From sequence record NC_028829.1: DNA of 64,000 nucleotides; one strand, 5' to 3'. Numbering within the stretch: position 1 is the first letter of the stretch; every line of letters begins with the position of its first letter. The position numbers and the translations under genes were made by a program. A model generated the notes under the pieces. That model was not told where the DNA came from, searched no databases, and was given only the letters and a program-made list of their open reading frames with translations. Shown piece after piece: positions 39,487 through 49,007 of this stretch.

Positions 39487-39512
39487 AAAGGGAGCAATTT
39501 GCTCCCTTTTTT
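39487..39512. terminator. Bidirectional terminator
   Basis: AAAAGGGAGCAA-T-TTGCTCCCTTTTT between convergent genes. Confidence 0.9.
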
Positions 39513-40398
39513 ATTCAACTCTAATAAGACTATGACCCCAAACTTCTTCAAAGTCGCTTACCTTTTCAACCATGTAAAGTGTGTTGTAGTCAAGAATCAG
39601 CATTTTACCATCTTCTAGAATCGCGCCCTTCTCTAGTAATTCAGCTTCTCCATCACCACCCCATGCAGGTTTAGCAATAATAGTACCTAGCAGACTTTCC
39701 CATATTTCAACCGTGTCTAAATTATCAAATTTATTACCATTGATTGATGCTTTAATTTGAACTGTTTTATCATTAACTCGTTTGATTGTAGCGAACCCAT
39801 TTGTCATACGAATCAATTCAAAATCACCAGGTCGTTCACACTCAAATAGCGTCGCCCATGTGAATGCGTTCACTCTAGGGAAATCAACATATGTGATCTC
39901 ATCTTCGACTTTAATACCATCATTTGGTAGTCGTCTAATTTCATTAGATGGGTTGTTGTTTTTTAATACAAACATACGCCCGTGCGTTTGTAAAGTATAG
40001 TCCATCTGCTTTGCGTATCGTTCAGCCATGCGCTTGTAAAGATTATAGCGTTTCTTTGCATCTCTGTCGTCATGGTCTGCAAATGCGCTGAATGTAATGT
40101 AATCTGGGTTTTCTCGTTTAGCCTTGTCAAACGTAGCTGCAAGCACCGTACTCATTACCATCAATGAATCTTTCGCGTTGCTCGATTTCTTTAATTCATA
40201 TGAATACTGACCATCTGGTCTTTTCCACATAAATGAAACGTCAATTATGCGTCCGCGTGCTTCATCTTTGCTAGTTATGATTGCTTTATACATAGTCCCG
40301 CCGATTTCAAAAAACGCTTCGTCGTCGGTCAGCCAGTCATAATTCGCTGCTCTATCAAACGCTTCAAATAGCGCGTCATATCCCTCGAATATAATCAT
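39511..40398 (-). CDS. Putative capsid-internal protein, shared-domain family, paralog 5
   Basis: LFE-AFDRAA leader; ITFSAFADHDDRDAKKRYNLYKRMAERYA; TATAAATA at 40422..40429. Confidence 0.7.
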   Translation of the reverse strand: MIIFEGYDALFEAFDRAANYDWLTDDEAFFEIGGTMYKAIITSKDEARGRIIDVSFMWKRPDGQYSYELKKSSNAKDSLMVMSTVLAATFDKAKRENPDYITFSAFADHDDRDAKKRYNLYKRMAERYAKQMDYTLQTHGRMFVLKNNNPSNEIRRLPNDGIKVEDEITYVDFPRVNAFTWATLFECERPGDFELIRMTNGFATIKRVNDKTVQIKASINGNKFDNLDTVEIWESLLGTIIAKPAWGGDGEAELLEKGAILEDGKMLILDYNTLYMVEKVSDFEEVWGHSLIRVE

Positions 40399-40440
40399 TT
40401 TATTGTCTCTCTAAATGAAAGTATTTATACGCACAAACGC

Positions 40441-40464
40441 AAAAAGGGGCATAAGCCCCCTTTA
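40441..40464 (-). terminator. Terminator after DNA ligase
   Basis: GGGGC-TTAT-GCCCC with a T run. Confidence 0.8.
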
Positions 40465-41802
40465 TTAACCTTTGAACCCGCTCATTTCTTCAAGCGCATT
40501 CGCAACATCTTTGTCATCACGGAATTGCACGAAAATAGGCAAGAAACAAGACCATGTTTCTTTATTACGTGCGCGTGTGATTGCGTTGTAGTTGATTTCA
40601 ACAATCATACCGATTACTTCATCACGACGTTCCCAAATTTCAGCACGCTGTTTATCACTGAAGCCACTACCGACTTTAGTAATCAACATACCGCAAGCTG
40701 AACGAAGAAGAAGAGCACCCATTTTGCCTTTGTTCTTCTTGTCGCCTTCGATTACTTCAATGATCTCTAAATCACCATCGTGAACTTCTTTGTATTTCAC
40801 AAGTGATTTGCTTCGCTTGTTTTCCCAGAGTGCATCTGGGTCTTTCAAGATGATACCTTCTAGACCTTGAGCAACGTACTGATTGTAGATTTCAGATGCT
40901 TGTTCTTTTGTAGAAACAGTCTGCCACGGAATCGGTTCGATGATACCACGTGCTTTAATAGCAACATCTGCAAGAATCTGTTTACGTTTACTGTACGGCA
41001 TGTTCAATTCATTCGAGTTACCGAAATAAACGTCTTCAGGGATGATATCCCATACTTGAAATACAATGTCAGCCTGTTCTTTCGGTGTGATTGTACCTTT
41101 ACTTGCTTTGTTGACAATGCCATTACCAGTCGAACGGTCTTCAACCTCATGTAAACCGTTTGGCGCGTACACAAGCTCACCGTCGATAACAAAGCCGTTT
41201 ACACCCATTTCAGTCAAGCCTTTCTCAACTTTGACTAGACCTTGATAGCGTTTACCGTTACGCGATGTAAGAGTAATGTTACCATCTAAGTCAACATGAG
41301 CGAAACAACGAGCACCATCAGCTTTTAATTCAGCGTATGCGATTTTAGTTAGAATCGCGTCGATTAGTTTGTCGTTCTTCGGGCTTGCAAGCATTTGAGG
41401 TTGTTCTGGAATCAGTTTCTTCCAAACTTTGTTTGCAGTACCACCCGTACAACCAGTTCGAAGATCTTTCAAGATAACACGACGAATCACTTCCGCGTCG
41501 TCTTCAGAAACTGAAGCGAGTATACGAGCAACAAAATCTTGTGCAGAATGACCGCGCACTTGATTCACAACCAACGCACTAAACACTTGCTCTAGTGCAT
41601 CTTCTAGTTCGGTATATTCATGCACATATGCTTCACCTGCATTCACTTCAGGCAGTTTCTTCATATTAAACTGATACGTAGGTGTGTATGCAAGCTCAAA
41701 TACACGCTTTAGCAATTCATTGTCTTTTTCAGACTTCAGGATTGCTTCTTTTTCAGTGCGTTTAGTCGTTGCTGCTAGTTTATTCAGGATTGGTAGAATC
41801 AT
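40465..41802 (-). CDS. 30: ATP-dependent DNA ligase gp30
   Basis: KADGAR, DGEL, EGIILK. Confidence 0.97.
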   Translation of the reverse strand: MILPILNKLAATTKRTEKEAILKSEKDNELLKRVFELAYTPTYQFNMKKLPEVNAGEAYVHEYTELEDALEQVFSALVVNQVRGHSAQDFVARILASVSEDDAEVIRRVILKDLRTGCTGGTANKVWKKLIPEQPQMLASPKNDKLIDAILTKIAYAELKADGARCFAHVDLDGNITLTSRNGKRYQGLVKVEKGLTEMGVNGFVIDGELVYAPNGLHEVEDRSTGNGIVNKASKGTITPKEQADIVFQVWDIIPEDVYFGNSNELNMPYSKRKQILADVAIKARGIIEPIPWQTVSTKEQASEIYNQYVAQGLEGIILKDPDALWENKRSKSLVKYKEVHDGDLEIIEVIEGDKKNKGKMGALLLRSACGMLITKVGSGFSDKQRAEIWERRDEVIGMIVEINYNAITRARNKETWSCFLPIFVQFRDDKDVANALEEMSGFKG

Positions 41803-42233
41803 CTGGACCCTCTATATAAATTTCAGGACGAACACGTGCAACAAAGCACTGTTCGTGTAAATCATTTTTGTACAACACTTTAAGTGCATCTTGCTCTTTC
41901 AGGTACAATGCAGGCATTGTAACATCACCGAGATCAATAATCGCCACTTCTTGGTTGCTTTTCATTAGTATAGCAAACATCATTTTCCTCAAAATATACG
42001 TTGCCGTTGTTGATTGTTACTAAGAATGGCTTACCTGCGATATGATCACCGTAAATGTGAACAATATAATCACAAGCTTCTTTGTTCCATTCTTGCCAAT
42101 CGGTTTGCAATTCAGCTTCCCATTCTTCTCGATTCGAAAAGAACGGCTTGCCTTTTGACTCTCGCTTATCTAACGCAACAGCACGTTTTGCAAGTGCGCT
42201 ATCAGCATGAATAATATAAGCTCGTTTAATCAT
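41780..42233 (-). other. Two hypothetical ORFs (41934..42233, 41780..41992)
   Basis: TTTAAC-17 bp-TATAAT promoter at 42266..42294. Confidence 0.55.
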
Positions 42234-42296
42234 AATTAACCCAAAAAAGCCCCGACAGGAGCTTTATTATATGATGAATGTAAGACGTGTTAAACT

Positions 42297-42890
42297 TTAT
42301 TCGTGAATAAAATCTAATAGCTTTGACATATGATGAACGTCTGCTCGTTCGTCATATCGATTGAGGTGTACCACTTTAAGGTCGTGAAAACACTTCTTGA
42401 TTTGCTCAGTATTTTCTAACTGATCATCAATGAAACCGATCACGTCGTGATCTGATACTAGCTGAGAGACATAACCGACTTTGCTCTCATCACCGCGAAT
42501 AGTAATCAATTCGCTGAAACAACCCGGGAAGAATGTTTCTAAGTTGAACTTGCGCACAAGCCAGTGATCAGTTGAATCACCGAATTTAGTCAGCGCAACA
42601 AGATTGTATTCTTTCGCGATTTTGTGAACGTTCTCTACCGCATCAGGGAACGCAGTCATGTACTTACCGTGCTCAAGATTATACTTCTCAAGTAAGTCAA
42701 ATGCTATTGAACGCTGCTCGACACCGAATAAATCACGTACGTCAACATGCTCTTTAGCAGTGAAGTGTTTTAATGCAAGAACGGGGTCGATACCACATCG
42801 CTTGCAGAATAGCGGTAGCTGGCTTGCCCAATCAATAAGCACACCATCAACGTCGAAAATTAGAGTAGGTTTTTGTTTCTTGTCTGTCAT
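42297..42890 (-). CDS. HAD-family phosphatase (T4 30.2-like)
   Basis: FDVDGVL, FIDD; upstream of gene 30. Confidence 0.85.
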   Translation of the reverse strand: MTDKKQKPTLIFDVDGVLIDWASQLPLFCKRCGIDPVLALKHFTAKEHVDVRDLFGVEQRSIAFDLLEKYNLEHGKYMTAFPDAVENVHKIAKEYNLVALTKFGDSTDHWLVRKFNLETFFPGCFSELITIRGDESKVGYVSQLVSDHDVIGFIDDQLENTEQIKKCFHDLKVVHLNRYDERADVHHMSKLLDFIHE

Positions 42891-42903
42891 AATATATTTC
42901 TCG

Positions 42904-43101
42904 TTACATATATTCAGCGCCCGTGAAGGCAATGAACATAAAAGTAAAACAAAACACAGCAACAGCTACTAACAATGCAGTTACACTAGCTATCATTGAA
43001 TCGAATTCGTCTTCAATAATCTTATTGACTACATATACTAATGGCGTTGCTGATACGAATACTAGAATAACACCTAGTGTTGCTAATAAAATTTGAATCA
43101 T
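42904..43101 (-). CDS. Two-TM membrane protein
   Basis: Two hydrophobic helices. Confidence 0.55.
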   Translation of the reverse strand: MIQILLATLGVILVFVSATPLVYVVNKIIEDEFDSMIASVTALLVAVAVFCFTFMFIAFTGAEYM

Positions 43102-43127
43102 ATTGTGCTCCTTTATTTGAAGCATCT

Positions 43128-43164
43128 ATGATAATGAAAAGGGCTGCAAATTGCAACCCTTTTG
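43128..43164 (-). promoter_or_regulatory. PeSL-like promoter/terminator
   Basis: TTGCAA-17 bp-TATCAT; stem GGGTTGCAA/TTGCAGCCC plus T4. Confidence 0.75.
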
Positions 43165-43165
43165 T

Positions 43166-44209
43166 TTATTTCATCCACTGTTTGCGCTTTTTAGAGCGTT
43201 TCCACCCGCGCTGTGGAGATTTGTAAGACGATAGACCATCCCAATCTAGAAGACAGCGAACTGTATGAGCACGTTTTTTGCGAACTACTTTACCGTATTC
43301 GGCTTCAATCTCGTCTTCACAGAACTTGTTATGATGCATTTCAGACATCAAACCGTTACCGCGTCGAGCATGAATCCAGTTCTTGTAGCAACCAGTATGT
43401 GGCACTGGCGTGTAACGAAACACGTAGTTACCTTTGTAACGTGCTAGACATTCACCATTCCGAATTAGGTCAATCATACGTCTTGCGCTAGTTGACATGT
43501 AAAACCCAACACGTTCTGGGCTCCAGAAGCTCTGATAACGAACGTATGTTCTAGCCCACTCTGGTACCCATTCACCATCCCATAATTCGAAAACATGATG
43601 AGGTCCCATTTCGCGTGAGTTGTATAGTGGTAGATCTTTTTCTTTTACGCCTTTGTATTTTTTGACTTCAGTCATCGTTGTTTCTCCAAGTTAAATTACT
43701 TAGTGAAACAACTCCTTACGATGAAATTTCTTCATTATTCAATTACCTCATACGCTTCGTTAAGGAAGTCATCAACATCATCTACGTTGATTTTGTCTTC
43801 ATCTATTGCTAGTAAATCACATAGCAATTCTAAAATATCATGTTTACGAATTGTCCCATGACTGAATACAGTCTGACCAATCCATTCGGCTACCGACCAG
43901 TAATAGTCTTCAAAATCACCATCGCATTCGTAATTTGCTAGGTTGTACTGCTCTAGAAGCATATTCAAATCGTGCGTCATTGTATTACCTTTTATTGTTT
44001 TATTTGACGCACGTATTTAATCATTTAATTTTGAACAATTTCATCACGATTAGAGCAATCATTAGTACTGGCGTGATGACTGTTGATAATAAATTCACCA
44101 CGCCTTTACTCGATTGACCACCGTTTTGGCGGTACGTTTCGTGTAATGTATCTTGAATCGCAACTGTCAAAAGTGCACCAATCAATAAGTAAACAAAAAT
44201 AAAAGTCAT
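43166..44209 (-). other. Three hypothetical ORFs (44021..44209 membrane, 43735..43980, 43166..43675 basic)
   Basis: ORFs with RBS. Confidence 0.55.
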
Positions 44210-44934
44210 ATGTCGAAAATCCTAAGCCCATATTCTGGGTTTTCTGAGCCGTATGCACGTGGGTTACACAGTACATTACAGCCATTTACGTGATAGTCAA
44301 ATTCTTGATGAACATGACCGTGAATTGCAAAACTGAACCCTTCAAGTAAATGGTCAAGGTCAGTGCAATAAAAACTATTCGTACTTGAATACGCATAGTA
44401 AGATGAAATGCTCTTCAGAGAAGGGGCGTGATGTGTGATTAACACTTTCTTACCTTCAATCTCGCGACATTTCTCAATAAATTTGACTGATTTACAATGA
44501 AGTGCATGTACATCTTCACCGTACAAAGGTCGCCATTGCGGACCGCGAATCTTACGACGGTCATTCATGTTGTCTTTCCAACGTTGACCCTCAAACCAGT
44601 CATTGACTTCGTGCCACAGCGTAGTTCCGCAGAATGTCACGTCGTCAATCTGAACTGTATTTTCAAGCAAGACGTGAACATTGTCAACCGAAGTTTCAAA
44701 TTTATGTCGCTCGTGAATCGCAAGACCCCACCAATCGTGATTTCCCGGCACTGCGATAACAGCGCGCCAACGGTCGGCTACAGCTTCTAAATCGCGCACT
44801 GTGCGCCCTTTGCTGTTAATGTCACCCGCTACTACCAATACAGCGTCTTTGTCGCCTGTAATCGATTCTAGCGCGTTCTCTGCGTGATAGTCGTTGTGAA
44901 TATCACTACAGTAATAAACTTTTAAATTTGCCAT
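44206..44934 (-). CDS. Calcineurin-like metallophosphoesterase
   Basis: SDIH, AGD, GNHD, THHAP, HGHVH. Confidence 0.92.
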   Translation of the reverse strand: MANLKVYYCSDIHNDYHAENALESITGDKDAVLVVAGDINSKGRTVRDLEAVADRWRAVIAVPGNHDWWGLAIHERHKFETSVDNVHVLLENTVQIDDVTFCGTTLWHEVNDWFEGQRWKDNMNDRRKIRGPQWRPLYGEDVHALHCKSVKFIEKCREIEGKKVLITHHAPSLKSISSYYAYSSTNSFYCTDLDHLLEGFSFAIHGHVHQEFDYHVNGCNVLCNPRAYGSENPEYGLRIFDI

Positions 44935-46333
44935 CGAATCTCCAAAATGTTATCGACATAAAATGCGTTGTAGTTGTGTAAACGCAGATATTCAATCAAT
45001 AGACGTTTCATGCTATGACTTTCAATACCTGGCAATTCGTCTTGCATTCTGATATTAATACCAAAGCGCATTTCATCAGTTGCTTGTGCAATGCGCTCAT
45101 CTAGATGTTCTAGATCATCAACGGGAAACTTCTCTTCCATTACTTTGATGCTGCGTGCGCGTGCTTCTTCTGCTTTCATAATCATGCTCATGACTTTCGC
45201 CTCCAGTCAATTATAGTCAATATCATGCGTTCAGAACCGTGTTCCATCAACATACGATTCACATAAGCAAGTGCTAAACTGTGAGTCTCGTATTGCAAGT
45301 AGCCAATTTCTGACGGCTCGTGAGGGTTGATTCGATTTTTAATATCGAATGTATTCTTCACTGCTCTGATATTGTAACCTAATTTCTCGAACTCTGCAAC
45401 CGCTGATTCATAAAATTCAGCTTTTATACCGACTTTTATCTCAAGCTCTGTATCAGCTATTTTATCAATTGATTTCAAAGTGTTATACAGAAAATCTTGA
45501 AATTCTTCGATTTTCTTTAACTGACGGTCGGACGGTTGCTTCGGCTTATAGCGTGACCGCATACTAGCAGCATCAAACATAATATTTTCTCTCAGAAGTA
45601 GTCAGCGTACCTATCTAAGATTCGCTTCGGGATTTTTAAGTTTACAAATCTCTTACCTTTCAAACCACCATCATATGCGATTTCTGCAATCAGATCTTCG
45701 TACATGTCTGGTTCAAGTTCGTCGATAATGTCCTTGTACTCTTGTGGAAGCTGTCTCTTCAGCTTCTTAACGAGCGCGTGAATCTCATTTATCGTGAGAT
45801 CACGCAACTCTTGGTATGTCATTTCGTTTAGGGATATTTCAATAAAAGACTTTAGCATAATGCCACCTCCGTCTCTTATTTAATCCCTAGTAGCTTACCA
45901 ATTACGGTCATTGGTAGATAAAAAATGACATAAAACAAAATGTAAATCGCAATCTGTACGCCGAAACCTAGTGATAGCATAGCGACGTAAAGCTGCACGA
46001 GGTAATAATCTACCTCGGCTGTCGCTGCTTCGTTCAGTTCGCCGCGAAACTCGCGACACATATCTTCTAGAATTCGAATGAAATTGCTCATTACCACATC
46101 ACCTCAAGTTTCTCACCTGTAATGAACGCATCATAGCCGAGACTAATCAAAATACTACGAATAGTATCGCGCTCACTTTCAGTCAATTTTTCTGTTTTGA
46201 AGTCAACTCGCGACTTCGTGGGAGAAGCGACTTGAATTGCAAAATCTAGCTCTTCAAGTGACTTCTCAACAGCAGGCGAAAGTTTCTTCCGCTTTGCTCT
46301 TGCCTCTTTTGCTGTAATCATTGGGTCATCCAA
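44922..46333 (-). other. Small hypothetical ORFs 46091..46333, 45876..46097, 45592..45858, 45188..45580, 44922..45191
   Basis: Coupled ORFs; 45592..45858 has an MLKSFIEISLNE leader and ATTAAATA at 45877..45884; 46091, 45188 and 44922 share an (M)xAxxxRx(K/R) start pattern. Confidence 0.55.
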
Positions 46334-48123
46334 TCCTTACGTTTATCAGTGTCATTACCGAATAATAATTCAAAACAATTTGGGTCATCGATTACAATAT
46401 CATCAAAAACTGGCTCGTTAATAACTTTTTTGTATTCTTTTTCAGTCAGTGAACCCAAACCCTTAATGTAACGAATCTTCCACGTTTTACTCAGTTTCGC
46501 CTTGCGATACTCTTCAATAGAATAAAACCATTTCGTTTCTTTATTCTTCGATGCAATGACTACTGGTGTACGAACGAACTTGATTCGCTTCTGCTTGTAA
46601 AGCTCTGGCCAGTTGTAGAAAAACGCAAGCAACAACGGGAAAATCGAACCTTTACCATCAACGTCCGCATCAACTAAGATACCAATGTCTTTATAGTACA
46701 TGTCTCGAATGTCGTCATTACCGAGCTGAATGTTCAGCACTGACATGATATCGCATAGCTCTTTGTTTTTCATGATCTCGGCAGGGCGTTTACCCCATGT
46801 GCTCAGTACTTTACCGCGCAACGGAATACCACCATGCTTTTTACTGTCACGAACTTTAATCAAGTAACCAATCGCGGACTTACCCTCAGTCAAGAACAGC
46901 GTACCACCTGGCTGAGAAGCCTTGATATGCTCTGCAACTTTCGCTTGTTGAGCTTTCTTCTGCTTGCGTGCTAGTTCTCGCGCTTCGGCTGCTTGTTGTT
47001 TAGCAAGTAACGCTTCAATAATCGGCATGATGATATCATCTTCTGCCAGAATCTTCTTAGCGATTTTGTCATATGCTAAGTCTTTCAAGTATGGTGACAC
47101 TTCACCTTGGGAACTAGTTAGACGTTCTTTTGTCTGACTGTCAAACTTAGGGTCTGTGAAGTTACGAATGAACAACCCGAGTGTCAAACCATTCTTTAAT
47201 TGTGGTTTTGGTACATTGATTTTATGCTTGCGCTTAATCATCGGGATTAATTCATCTGAAAGTTTATTGATGAAGTAATCTACGTGTGTACCACCATTAG
47301 ATGTATTTACACCATTGATGAAGCTGTTATGTCTGAATTCATCAGACGGCGCGACAAACAGCGCAACGTTGTCAAATTCAAACGCAACTTCTGTGTTAAA
47401 CATCTTTGCGTATTGCTTCAGCGTAGGGGCGTGTTTCTTCCCGTTGTACTTGAACGTAATCTCAGGGAATGCGACTGACAACGACGCGAGACGGTCTTTG
47501 ATGATCTCTTCGTCTTGAGGGGAGATACCAAATACACCAAAGCGGTTAAAATCAGGGATGAATTCAACTGAAGTCCCTTTCGTACCGCCTTTCGAAGTTC
47601 TAACGAAAATACGATCTGCATTGTTAGAACAGCTTACTGTTACTGTGTTTTTACCGTCACACGTCTTACCAATGAATTGATGACTGAAGTAGTTGGTCAG
47701 TGCAGCGCCAACACCGTTCATACCAACAGTTGTTCGGTCATCTTCGAAGTTACTACCTGCTTTAGTACGTGTCCATGCAGCTTCAGGTCGAAGAAGCTCT
47801 TTACCATCTGGGTCTAGAACTTTGTCTTGCGGAATACCGCGACCGTTATCTGAGATAGTGATTCGATTACCTTCGATTTTCACTTCAATAACATTGGCAA
47901 ATTTGAACTTAGTTCGAATCGCTTCATCAAGAGAGTTATCAATAACTTCGTTGATAATCTTCACAAGACCCGGTACGTACTCGATTTTCTTGAAATCACC
48001 TAAGACAAAACGCTCATGTTCTTCTCGATCAACTGACCCGATGTACATACCCGGTCGTTTAAGAACGTGTTGTTTGTCTGATAAAATTTGAAAGTTGTCT
48101 TTTTTAGACATCATGTTCCTCAC
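46318..48123 (-). CDS. 39: DNA topoisomerase II large subunit (gp39 and gp60 in one ORF)
   Basis: RPGMYIGS, EVIDNS, DNGRGIP, GMNGVG, TEGKSA, PLRGK, DADVDG, YIKGLG. Confidence 0.97.
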   Translation of the reverse strand: MRNMMSKKDNFQILSDKQHVLKRPGMYIGSVDREEHERFVLGDFKKIEYVPGLVKIINEVIDNSLDEAIRTKFKFANVIEVKIEGNRITISDNGRGIPQDKVLDPDGKELLRPEAAWTRTKAGSNFEDDRTTVGMNGVGAALTNYFSHQFIGKTCDGKNTVTVSCSNNADRIFVRTSKGGTKGTSVEFIPDFNRFGVFGISPQDEEIIKDRLASLSVAFPEITFKYNGKKHAPTLKQYAKMFNTEVAFEFDNVALFVAPSDEFRHNSFINGVNTSNGGTHVDYFINKLSDELIPMIKRKHKINVPKPQLKNGLTLGLFIRNFTDPKFDSQTKERLTSSQGEVSPYLKDLAYDKIAKKILAEDDIIMPIIEALLAKQQAAEARELARKQKKAQQAKVAEHIKASQPGGTLFLTEGKSAIGYLIKVRDSKKHGGIPLRGKVLSTWGKRPAEIMKNKELCDIMSVLNIQLGNDDIRDMYYKDIGILVDADVDGKGSIFPLLLAFFYNWPELYKQKRIKFVRTPVVIASKNKETKWFYSIEEYRKAKLSKTWKIRYIKGLGSLTEKEYKKVINEPVFDDIVIDDPNCFELLFGNDTDKRKDWMTQ

Positions 48124-48373
48124 TCAATTTCACATAGCAGTACGTTAACAATGCACCTAGTATAGACGCACAACCTGCTAAAATATACAACTTATCTAGA
48201 ATGAGTAAAAAAGCTGCTATGAATGACATAACAGCCCCACTTCCACTAACGATTAACGCTATTCCCTCGATAGTCAAGTAGACCATTAGGAAAATTGCGT
48301 GAAATATGTTCTTCAATGTGCGTATCAATTTCATCGAATGCCTCAGTGGCTGGCTTATTGATGAATACGTCAC
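48104..48373 (-). CDS. Membrane protein
   Basis: Hydrophobic ORF; true start probably internal. Confidence 0.4.
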   Translation of the reverse strand: MTYSSISQPLRHSMKLIRTLKNIFHAIFLMVYLTIEGIALIVSGSGAVMSFIAAFLLILDKLYILAGCASILGALLTYCYVKLSEEHDV

Positions 48374-49007
48374 ACATACGAATCGCTTCGTTTAGTGCAG
48401 AATGTTTTTCAGTGTCAATGCCAGTCGGGTTAATCAGAATGAATTTACAGCCCGTCGCAGACAAATCCCAATGAATCGGGTTAATCTCAAGCGTCGAACC
48501 AACAACAATTGCAATGTCAGTCGGCAATAGAGTGTCAATATCACCCCAGAAATGGGTGTATAATGGTGCGCCTTCATTGAAGAACACAACACCCGGTTTA
48601 TCACGACGACCTGTACGCAACTCGTATTCATTGTACCCGATGTCAATAACTGTACTGTCTTTTGACGTGTAATCTTGCACGATCTTTGTCAACTCACCGT
48701 GAATATGCTTAACGTCTTTACAACCTGCACGCTCAAGTAAATCTGATACGTTCGCAGTGTAGTTGTCAACGTCGTATTTTTCACACAGTTCAGCAATTTT
48801 GTAGTGTGCTGAATTCGGGTGAACTTCAGCTAATTGTTTACGACGCTCATTGTAGAAACGATGTGTCACTTCATAATTGTTTGCAAATGTGTTGATGTTA
48901 CACACTTCCATGATGTCATGATTTTCCCACAGACCATTTGCGTCTCGAAACGTACTGATACCTGATTCTGCATCAAGACCAGCACCGCTAAAAATGAAAA
49001 TTCTCAA
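48246..49007 (-). CDS. Sir2-family NAD+-dependent protein
   Basis: SGAGL.AESGISTFRD, HIHGEL, KPGVVFF.E, VVGSTL. Confidence 0.93.
   Translation of the reverse strand: MRIFIFSGAGLDAESGISTFRDANGLWENHDIMEVCNINTFANNYEVTHRFYNERRKQLAEVHPNSAHYKIAELCEKYDVDNYTANVSDLLERAGCKDVKHIHGELTKIVQDYTSKDSTVIDIGYNEYELRTGRRDKPGVVFFNEGAPLYTHFWGDIDTLLPTDIAIVVGSTLEINPIHWDLSATGCKFILINPTGIDTEKHSALNEAIRMCDVFINKPATEAFDEIDTHIEEHISRNFPNGLLDYRGNSVNR

Noticed and set aside
46318-48123. T4-style split 39/60 gene with a ribosomal bypass
   Set aside because: A single ORF contains both the ATPase and TOPRIM motifs
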